From the NCBI GenBank assembly GCA_002269645.1, contig NIVC01002536.1, positions 1 through 64,000 on the forward strand: a stretch of 64,000 nucleotides of DNA. The letters are read 5' to 3'. The position numbers and the translations under genes were made by a program. Source of the stretch: Macrostomum lignano (lineage: Eukaryota). The notes under the pieces were generated by a model. It searched no databases. It saw nothing but the letters and a program-made list of their open reading frames with translations, and had not been told where the DNA came from. Below are positions 43,946 through 64,000 of this stretch, piece by piece (position 1 is the first letter of the stretch; the number at the start of each line of letters is the position of its first letter).

Positions 43946-46900
43946 AATGCTTGAGAGCAGCAGAGGCTACAGTCTGGTCTTCACCCGGGGTTAGGGCCAC
44001 AGACACCAGCTGCTGCTGCTGCTGCTGCTAATGCTTGAGAGCAGCAGAGGCTACAGTCTGGTCTTCACCCGGGGTTAGGGCCACAGACACCAGCTGCTGC
44101 TGCTGCTGCTGCTGCTAATGCTTGAAAGCAGCAGAGGCTACAGTCTGGTCTTAAACCCTGGGGTTTTCACACTGCGGCCAGGCGGCTGGAGTGGCCCATC
44201 TAGCTAGGCGTGAATCTGTGATTGCAACTATCAAGCCTCAGTGTTCTGCTTATCACAGTCTTAAACTACCAAAGGGAACCCAGCAGTGCCACATACTAAA
44301 ACTACCAAAGAAACTTCAGGAATAGAAGAGTGCGGTATAGTACGTGCTCAGCAACACCTAAATCCACCCCACTAGCGGGAAGTACGATGGACGAAACTTG
44401 CATTCTCGAAGTTCCTTCACGCGTTACTGCATATTGCATAACCAATATGACATGGCTCAACTTCAGACAGCCCGACGGCATGAGTTAGTGGGTTTGGGTT
44501 TAGCTCAAAGATTAAGCAACCATTTTTCACCTGGAGTAGTCCATCGTGTACTTCGAAGTCTCGTCGCCAATTGTAAAGCCGTCGTATTCGCAGTGATACT
44601 GACTCCCGTTGAATTTGGTGAACTCGAATCGAACGGTACCGGGTGTCAGAGAGCGAAACGTCTTCAGGCCTGTATTGTTGAGGCAGTCTATTTTTAAGCC
44701 TCATTTATTTAAATATTAAGGCTTAGGCAACAAATTACTACTCTAGGCTGGAATCCTAATCTCCCACTATCATTCACTCACCATGCAGGCCCGTATTGCA
44801 GTCTTCTATTCCTATCTCATCGCTGATTGGCTGAAACATAGTCACTATGAGAGGCAGTCCTGTAATCTTCTATCCCTATCTAATTGCTGATTGGCTGGGA
44901 CATCTGTAAACTATGCGAGCCCGTTCTATAATTTTCTATCCCTATCTCATTGCTGATTGGCTGGGACTGCATACTAGCTAAGGAGCCTGTCCTATTGTCT
45001 TTTACGCTTGTATCATGTCGTAGCTGATTGGCTGAAACAATTCTCAAACTGCCATTTCCCTCGGCTCCCCCTTTCAATCTCTCTTCTATCTCTCCTGTCT
45101 CACCAATCCAGAAGTTGTCTGCATCACCGAATCCGTTCTCGTACTCGGTCCAAGATCGAACGAAGCTGACGCTGCCAGAAATTCTCTGCTGCATCAGGCA
45201 GAACCTGCGGTCGCCAACCCAGCGCTCGATGCATGACTCGAAGCGGGCCACTGCGCAATGGAAATTCGAGGATTTTGTGTACCTTTGAGAAATAGCTTCA
45301 GAGATAAAATCGATAAAATAATAGAACCAATTCTAGGAAGCCGTTCTTCTAGGTAAGCAAAAATATTTTAGCACTTAAAAACAAAAAAACTACTCTTACT
45401 ACTGCCGATAGTAGTATGGATTTGAAATAATAAATATCCCTATTAAATCAGAAAGCCGATAAAATTATAAGCCGTGGGAAAATATTGAATTTGTTCAATA
45501 TTTATAAGCTCAAGAATGGAGTCACTGAGCTACAACAACAGACTTCCCCATGAAATAATTGGATATTAAATCTCGTCTCCAAGTATTCCCCCCACTTCTT
45601 GTGTGTTTGGGTTTGGGGAAAGTTGAGGGTAGCACTCTGTAGCTTCCAGTATGCGGATCCACCTGCATATCGCGTCCATATCTAATAGGGGTTCATTGGT
45701 CTCGCATGGCATAGATGTGGGGGGACAAAATTTCCAGCAGCGATCAATACAGCTTTTATAGCTATTTATATACTAGCAGCTAGTGCTGCAGGCTAACGCA
45801 CAGCTTGAATGATAACCCATAGGCCGGCTCTGCCATCCCCATGGACTAAACTTGACACTCAAAGAGTCTCCCAATGCCTCTGCACTTCAATCAGGGCCTG
45901 GCACTGCGGTTCCTCCCGGCTCGCAGCACACAGCTTCTTCATTCCTTTGCTTCCAAGCCTCCCAGTACCCAGCTGCCTCATCCCAGACTCCTTACCCAGC
46001 TTCCTCATCACGGGCAGCTGGCAGCCGGAGGGCGGGAACGGCGGTCCCCAGTTCCAGTACAGAACGCAGTCGTCCTTCGGACAGAAGGCGAAGGCCCGGC
46101 AGTGGAACATCCGGCCGCAGGCGGCGGCGCACTCGGTGCTGCCGAATCCGGGCGCCGTGCTGAACCGCAGCTGGCGGAGCTCCGAGCTGGCGGTCTGCGG
46201 CGGCGCCAGCAGAGACGAGTTCTGGACAGGTCGGAACCGGTAGCGCCCTGCGGAGTTGCCATGCAGGGATCGGTTTGACTGGGCTGAGACTGCAATCTGA
46301 ATTGTTCTGGGGATCTGAGAGGCTGACTCTCTCTGAGACTGCAATCTGAGAGGCTGAGGACCAGCCTCTCAGATCCCAATTGCTGGGCCAGCCTCTCAGA
46401 TCCCAGTTGCTTGCAGACTGTTCTGAATATTGCAGGATAATAAATTCGTTGAGCGTTATATAGAAAATTGATTCACCCCGCCCCAATGTCCAGATGTGCA
46501 ACCCACAGCTCAGCCGCTGGTGGGTCGCCATATATTTTTAATTACCCCAGCTAATGCTGGCACCCATTTTACAGCTGAGTGAACTGAAGCAATGCGGAGT
46601 TAAGTGTCTTGCTCAAAGACACAAATTGTTCCGAGTGGGTCGAGAATCGAACCCCCGACCTTTCAGTCGTAAGTCCGACACTCTAACTACTAGACTACAA
46701 TGCATGCAGCCCTAAGAGTTTATCAACAGATTATTAACTGGTTATCAGGACGCCATGCAGGGCTAGTAGATGGGGGGACGTCGTTTGCCCAGCCAGCTAG
46801 CAAAAGTACATGGCTAACCCTCCTTACAGATCATAGCCCAAATTGTTTCACCTTTGGGACACACCCCTCCGGTATGGATTGAAAAATCCTGGTGGCTAAG

Positions 46901-47042
46901 CTATACCGTAGGCATGATAATCGACTGCAGTTGTAGAGAAATACCAGCGAATTGTCTTACAGTTATCGCAGCTCAGGACCAGCGCCAGATGCAGACAAAT
47001 GAAACAGAAAATCCACAATAGCAGTGCGGCGATGCGCTTCAT
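43054..47042 (-). CDS. Secreted PAN/apple-like + fibrinogen C-terminal domain (FReD) protein
   Basis: Exons 46296-45996 (ECAAACGRMFHCRAFAFCPKDDCVLY), 45295-45104 (MQQRISGSVSFVRSWTEYENGFGDADNFWIG), 44669-44531, 43342-43054 (GMKFSTTDQDND, GGWWFGACFRANPNG); phases 1/1/2 fit. Probable signal-peptide exon 47042-46961 (MKRIAALLLWIFCFICL...), whose junction phase is unresolved. Confidence 0.8.
43541..44152. repeat. Compound minisatellite x7 with embedded variable (CTG)n
   Basis: CCCCGGGGTTAGGGCCACAGACACCAG(CTG)n...GAGAGCAGCAGAGGCTACAGTC; n about 2,5,11,7,11,6,7. Confidence 0.9.
46466..46700 (-). mobile_element. CORE-type tRNA SINE, copy 2
   Basis: Highly similar to 41845-42146 over head and core (ATTACCCCAGCTAATGCTGGCACCCATTTTACAGCTG...AATCGAACCCCCGACCTT). 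Confidence 0.75.
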
Positions 47043-47459
47043 GGCTTGCTTGAATTGTCAGCAAAAAATTAGATGCCGTTTCATAGCTGCCTTGAAGCAG
47101 AGCGATTTCAAATATTTTTAGCTAAGCCTCCCCTGTGAGGTGGCGCCTTGGCAACCAAATGATAAATAGAACATAGAAATACTGCTGCAAGCCCACTGAG
47201 TTCAAAACATGACCAATGAGCAGTCTACGTATCAGCACAGGGATAGAAGATTTCCAGTACTATGTTCATCCCAAGTAGAATGCATCAAATTACAGAGTAC
47301 TCAGCTTATTGAATTGGTAAGAACTATCCAGTGCTGCTCAAAAAAAAGTAGCTTATGCTCAACTATGCTGAACACTAAGCGTACGCTCGCGCCTTTCAGG
47401 CAGGTAATCCGAAACAAACTGATCCGGACCTGGAACTGCAGTTGCTCAATCCTCAGTTG

Positions 47460-47930
47460 ATCCCTCACAGATCCCAGTTGCTGGGCCAGCCTCCCAGATC
47501 CCCAGTTGCTGGGCCAGCCTTCCAGATCCCCAGTTGCTGGGCCAGCCTCTCAGATCCTCAGTTGCTGGGCCAGCCTCCCAGATCCCCAGTTGCTGGGCCA
47601 GCCTTCCAGATCCCCAGTTGCTGGGCCAGCCTTCCAGATCCCCAGTTGCTGGGCCAGCCTTTCAGATCCCCAGTTGCTGGGCCAGCCTCTCAGATTCTCA
47701 GTTGCTGGGCCAGCATCCCAGTTGCGGGCCAGCCTCCAAAATCCTCAGTTTCTGGGCCAGCCTCTCAGATCCCCAGTTGCTGGGCCAGCCTCCCAGATCT
47801 GTCGCTGGGCCAGCCTTCCAGATCCCCAGTTGCTGGGCTAGCCTTCCAGATCCCCAGTTGCTGGGCCAGCCTCCCAGATCTCAGTCGCTGGGCCAGCCTT
47901 CCAGATCCCCAGTTGCTGGGCCAGCCTCTC
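47460..47930. repeat. 28-bp minisatellite (CTGGGCCAGCCTCCCAGATCCCCAGTTG); related copies at ~46350-46410
   Basis: Directly visible. Confidence 0.9.
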
Positions 47931-48186
47931 GGCTGTTGGCCCCCTGCCGCCCTCTCCCAGATCCACAGGCTTTATAAGGCTTATAGAAGTAAAAAAATGT
48001 ACAAGAGGCTTCTAAACCGCCGTCACCAGATTTTCTCTCCATCAGTCAATAGCGCAAAACTAAAGACACGCCAAAAACGACTTATCATAAAGACTTGGTA
48101 TATTTCTTTTCAAAAGTTCATAGCGCACTTTTGCACAACGGCTCCGACAGTTGTCCTGTTATCTCAGACAGTTATTGGATGCAGGC

Positions 48187-49448
48187 CTAGCTGGCCATGC
48201 GCATAGCGGCCTGCACCTGCTTCCAGTTGTCCAGCGGCCCGTGCTCCGGCAGGTACTTGCAGCCGACGCCGTCAGGCTGCAGGCGGCCCTCGGCGCGCAT
48301 CCGCTCGTAGTCGGCTCTGTCCCACTTCGTGAAGCCCCAGCGACGGCTGACGGCGATCTTCTGCCTGCCGGGGAACTTCATCTTGGATCGGCGGAAAGCC
48401 TCCACCATGGAGTTCACGTTGTTTTCCTTGCCGCGCACCGACATGATCACCTGGGGCGGGCAATTCCATTCGCTAGTTGTCAGTTATGACAAGGATTGGC
48501 AAAGCCAGTTATCATCAGACTACCGGCTTATAAGCGGGGATTCCCAAGGCAGTTATGAGGAGATTCCCAAGGCAGTTATGAGGGGATTCCCAAGGCAGTT
48601 ATGAGGGGATTCCCAAGGCAGTTATGAGGGGATTCCCAAGGCAGTTATGAGGGGATTCCCAGCCACGAGGGATTCGCAGGGGCTGTAGTGCAGTTACAGG
48701 GGAATTCCCAGAGGCTGTAGTGCAGTTACAGGGGAATTCCCAGGGCTGTAGTGCAGTTACAGGGGAATTCCCAGAGGCTGTAGTGCAGTTACAGGGGAAT
48801 TCCCAGAGGCTGTAGTGCAGTTACAGGGGAATTCTCAGAGGCTGTAGTGCAGTTACAGGGGAACTCCCAGAGGCTGTAGTGCAGTTACAGGGGAATTCCC
48901 AGGGCTGTAGTGCAGTTACAGGGTAATTCCCAGGGCTGTAGTGCAGTTACAGGGGAATTCCCAGAGGCTGTAGTGCAGTTACAGGGGAATTCCCAGGGCT
49001 GTAGTGCAGTTACAGGGGAATTCCCAGGGCTGTAGTACAGCTGACAAACCTGGCCGATGTTGACGCGGGCCACCAGGCCGTTCGGCTTGCCAAAGGCGCC
49101 GCGCATGCCAGTCTGCAGTCGATCGGCGCCGGCGCAGGACAACATCTTGTTGATGCGGGTCACGTGGAACGGGTGCAGCCGGACTCGCAGGTGGAAGGAG
49201 TCCTTGCCGCAGCTCTTCACCAGGTACTTGTTGGCGGCGATGCGGGCAGCTTCCAGAGCCTCTGCGGACAGCTGCTCATACTCGTCCGAGATCATGTGGA
49301 CGCACTGCGGGAAGTCGTCCACTCGGGCCTTCTTCTTGCCCAGATCGTAGATTCGAATCTTGGGATCGGGGACGCCGCGGCAGAAGCGCGACTTGGGGTA
49401 CGGCTTGTTCTTGCAGTAGCGGTAGCAGCGGGCGGGGCGGCGACCCAT
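48187..49448 (-). CDS. RPL10: 60S ribosomal protein L10 (uL16), 220 aa, 2 exons
   Basis: Exons 49448-49050 and 48450-48187, phase 0; [37 protein letters not shown]...GMRGAFGKP...KFPGRQKI. Confidence 0.98.
48536..49040. repeat. Two adjacent intronic minisatellites (24-bp x5; 31-32-bp x~11)
   Basis: GATTCCCAAGGCAGTTATGAGGG, then GCTGTAGTGCAGTTACAGGGGAATTCCCAG(A)G; both share ATTCCCA and GCAGTTA. Confidence 0.9.
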
Positions 49449-49549
49449 TCTGAGCGATGGAGCATGCAGTTGAGCGATAAGGAGAATCAACTGGGTTAGC
49501 CATCAGACAGTTTTTGAGCCAGATTTATAGAGATAAAGTGCCTTGTGCG

Positions 49550-51170
49550 ATTCTCAGGGTGGTGATGGGGCGAATCTCAGGGTGATAATGGAGCGAATCT
49601 CACGATGATGATGGGGCGAAGCTCAGGGTGATAATGGAGCGAATCTCACGATGATGATGGGGCGAAGCTCAGGGTGATAATGGAGCGAATCTCACGATGA
49701 TGATGGGGCGAAGCTCAGGGTGATAATGGAGCGAATCTCACGATGATGATGGGGCGAAGCTCAGGGTGATAATGGAGCGAATCTCACGATGATGATGGGG
49801 CGAATCTCAGGGTGATAATGGAGCGAATCTCACGATGATGATGGGGCGAAGCTCAGGGTGATAATGGAGCGAATCTCACGATGATGATGGGGCGAAGCTC
49901 AGGGTGATAATGGAGCGAATCTCACGATGATGATGGGGCGAATCTCAGGGTGATAATGGAGCGAATATCACGATGATGATGGGGCGAATCTCAGGGCGGT
50001 GATGGAGCGAATCTCAGGGTGGTGATGGAGCGAATCTCAGGACGGTGATGGAGCAAATCTCAGGGTGGTGATGGAGTGAATCTCACGATGATGATGGGCG
50101 AATCTCAGGGTGATAATGGAGCGAATCTCATGGCGGTGATGGAGCAAATCTCAGGGTGGTGATGGAGTGAATCTCAGGGTGATAATGGAGCGAATCTCAC
50201 GATGATGATGGGGCGAATCTCAGGGTGATAATGGAGCGAATCTTACGATGATGATGGGGCGAAGGTCAGGGTGATAATGGAGCGAATCTCACGATGATGA
50301 TGGGGCGAATCTCAGGGTGATAATGGAGCGAATCTCACGATGATGATGGGGCGAAGCTCAGGGTGATAATGGAGCGAATCTCACGATGATGATGGGGCGA
50401 ATCTCAGGGTGATAATGGAGCGAATCTCACGATGATGATGGGGCGAAGCTCAGGGTGATAATGGAGCGAATCTCACGATGATGATGGGGCGAAGCTCAGG
50501 GTGATAATGGAGCGAATCTTACGATGATGATGGGGCGAAGCTCAGTGTGATAATGGAGCGAATCTCACGATGATGATGGGGCGAAGCTCAGGGTGATAAT
50601 GGAGCGAATCTCACGATTATGATGGGGCGAAGCTCAGGGTGATAATGGAGTGAATCTCACGATGATGATGGGGCGAATCTCAGGGTGATAATGGAGCGAA
50701 TCTCACGATGATGATGGGGCGAATCTCAGGGCGGTGATAGAGCGAATCTCAGGGTGGTGATGGAGCGAATCTCAGGGCGGTGATGGAGCGAATCTCAGGG
50801 TGGTGATGGAGTGAATCTCACGATGATGATGGGGCGAATCTCAGGGTGATAATGGAGTGAATCTCAGGGCGGTGATTGAGCAAATCTCAGGGTGGTGATG
50901 GAGTGAATCTCACGATGATGATGGGGCGAATCTCAGGGTGATAATGGAGCGAATCTCACGATGATGATGGGGCGAATCTCAGGGCGGTGATGGAGCGAAT
51001 CTCAGGGTGGTGGTGGGGTGAATCTCACGATTGTGATAGGGCGAATCTCAGGGTGGTGATAGGGCGGATCTCACGATTCTGATAGGGCGAATCTCGGGAC
51101 GCAGATGGGGCGAATATCAGGGTGGTGATGGAGCGAATCTCAGGACGATGAAGCGATTCTCAGGATGTCG
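49550..51170. repeat. 23+23-bp dimeric minisatellite, 1.6 kb, immediately upstream of RPL10
   Basis: GGGGCGAAGCTCAGGGTGATAAT / GGAGCGAATCTCACGATGATGAT alternate. Confidence 0.9.
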
Positions 51171-52004
51171 AGAGCGACTTTCCCACGAAGATTTATGAGG
51201 AATGAAAGGGCAGTTTAGCAGATTTACAAGTGCTACCAACTAAGCAAAGCACAACAAACAGACCATCTGCTCAACAAAAAGTCTACCTCAAAAAACTGAT
51301 GTAGTATATATTTCCAACTGTTTAACACGTCAAAGGTAACAAGCAATACTAATTGAATATACAGACACAGCTGAATAACAATAGACAGTTAATAGCCAGT
51401 AGGTAAGAGAGACGGGGTAAAGAGGCAAACAAATATGCATGAAAAATAAAACGAGATGGAACTCCAAACTTAGTTTTTGTCCATAGTGTAAATAAAAAAA
51501 TGAAAATAGACATCAATTTTAATGGAATGATTTTGATAAGTTTCTATTCTTGAAAATTTAATTGGTCAGTTTTCGTTGAAACGCAAAAAACCAGGTTAAA
51601 ACAAAAACATGAAAACAAAATGGGTGACCGCAGGCAAAACAGCTTCCGTTTAAACTGACGAAAGACGCAACAATTTTGAGTCAAATCCCCAGTTAGAAAA
51701 GCTCTGTTAGGTTACTGGGATTAAGCGTTGTTATAAATGATAGATCCGTTATTCAAGGCTGTTCCCAGGTGCGGACAGGTTAGTTATTCATATCACACTG
51801 TAAATATTGACGAGACGGCTGTTGTTCCAACCGAGCTGCAATGTTAGGCGTGTTAATTTGGCTTATAAATATAGGTTATGATTAGAGTGGATTTAAGTTA
51901 GAATCACTACAAAACAATATGTTAGATAAATATGCTGATAAAAGATGTGTACTCTTCTCTGCTGCTGCACCCGAACAGAATTTTTCCTTGTGTGCATTGC
52001 TGGC

Positions 52005-52740
52005 ACAGTGGGGGGCCGCAACCCCCCTCCCTGTGTTTTCTACCGCAGCTCAGCTGGCACAGTGGGGGGCGCAACCCCCCTCCCTGTGTTTTCTACCGCA
52101 GCTCAGCTGGCACAGTGGGGGGCGCAACCCCCCTCCCTGTGTTTTCTACCGCAGCTCAGCTGGCACAGTGGGGGGCCGCAACCCCCCTCCCTGTGTTTTC
52201 TACCGCAGCTCAGCTGGCACAGTGGGGGGCCGCAACCCCTCTTCCAGTGTTTTTACCGCAGCTCAGCTGGCACAGTGGGGGGCCGCAACCCCTCTTCCAG
52301 TGTTTTTACCGCAGCTCAGCTGGCACAGTGGGGGGCCGCAACCCCTCTTCCAGTGTTTTTACCGCAGCTCAGCTGGCACAGTGGGGGGCCGCAACCCCTC
52401 TTCCAGTGTTTTTACCGCAGCTCAGCTGGCACAGTGGGGGGCCGCAACCCCTCTTCCAGTGTTTTTACCGCAGCTCAGCTGGCACAGTGGGGGCGCAACC
52501 CCTCTTCCAGTGTTTTTACCGCAGCTCAGCTGGCACAGTGGGGGGCCGCAACCCCTCTTCCAGTGTTTTTACCGCAGCTCAGCTGGCACAGTGGGGGCCG
52601 CAACCCCTCTTCCAGTGTTTTTACCGCAGCTCAGCTGGCACAGTGGGGGGCCGCAACCCCCCTCCCAGTGTTTTTACCGCAGCTCAGCTGGCACAGTGGG
52701 GGGCCGCAACCCCCCTCCCTGTGTTTTCTACCGCAGCTCA
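52005..52740. repeat. ~53-55-bp minisatellite, ~13 copies
   Basis: GCAGCTCAGCTGGCACAGTGGGGGGCCGCAACCCCTCTTCCAGTGTTTTTACC. Confidence 0.92.
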
Positions 52741-52900
52741 GCATAATCAGCTCTATTCGGGTGCAGAGAAGTTTAATGACTTACTATGTAAATAGAATTA
52801 GATGTGTTAGTTTTAACCTGTCGAACATATAGTGATACTATAAAATAGCAACCACACAATATAGTTCTAAAAGCAAAAGCTAAAATAGTTAACAAAATAA

Positions 52901-63764
<10,864 letters not shown>

Positions 63765-64000
63765 TCCAAGAGGCAGAGGAAATCACCAGAAACACATCCA
63801 GCTTAAAGTACTAAAGATACCTAGGCCTACTGTTAAAAGATAAACTCCAAAATCGTGCTAAAATAGCCAGGGTTAGAAGTTAAATGAAACAATATAAAAC
63901 TGTTGTTGTCGGCCGTCCGACCATGATGCAGATCCGAAGAGCGCCAGTTGCTCACAGTTAAATGGCACTGTACGTACACACGAAACACAATCAAATTCAT

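Noticed and set aside
34560-46700. tRNA genes at ~34560-34633, ~42085-42146 and ~46640-46700
   Set aside because: A/B boxes are present but the cloverleaf and acceptor stems are incomplete, and each continues into a SINE body and tail.

Overview
Eukaryotic (animal) genomic DNA: GC-rich spliced exons in AT-rich, minisatellite-packed DNA. The style suggests a Macrostomum-like flatworm, but that is inference only. Six multi-exon genes can be spliced by eye with consistent phases: an SLC25 mitochondrial carrier (-), PHACTR (+), RABGGTA (-, with a ~61-aa Q/E/K insert and one junction needing a GC donor), NOL12 (+), a PAN/apple-like + fibrinogen-domain protein (-, first junction unresolved) and RPL10 (-). 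A seventh, the P4-ATPase ATP9 (-), has one apparent frame break. The standout is an 8,825-bp almost perfectly palindromic element (3670-12494): two 4,375-bp arms, a 75-bp hairpin-rich spacer, ACTACT...AGTAGT ends and a 6-bp target-site duplication (ACTGAG), with no recognisable coding capacity. It resembles a snap-back, non-autonomous Maverick/Polinton-type derivative. It sits 17 nt behind the poly(A) signal of a single-exon gene encoding a likely novel amidated Arg-rich antimicrobial peptide precursor (3222-3491). Other mobile DNA: a CMC/EnSpm-like TIR element with a decayed BEN-domain gene (13119-15732), a 5'-truncated RNase H LINE with an 11-bp TSD in a telomere-like hexamer array, one tRNA-derived SINE and two CORE-type SINEs. 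About a quarter of the window is tandem repeat, with a different minisatellite in most long introns.
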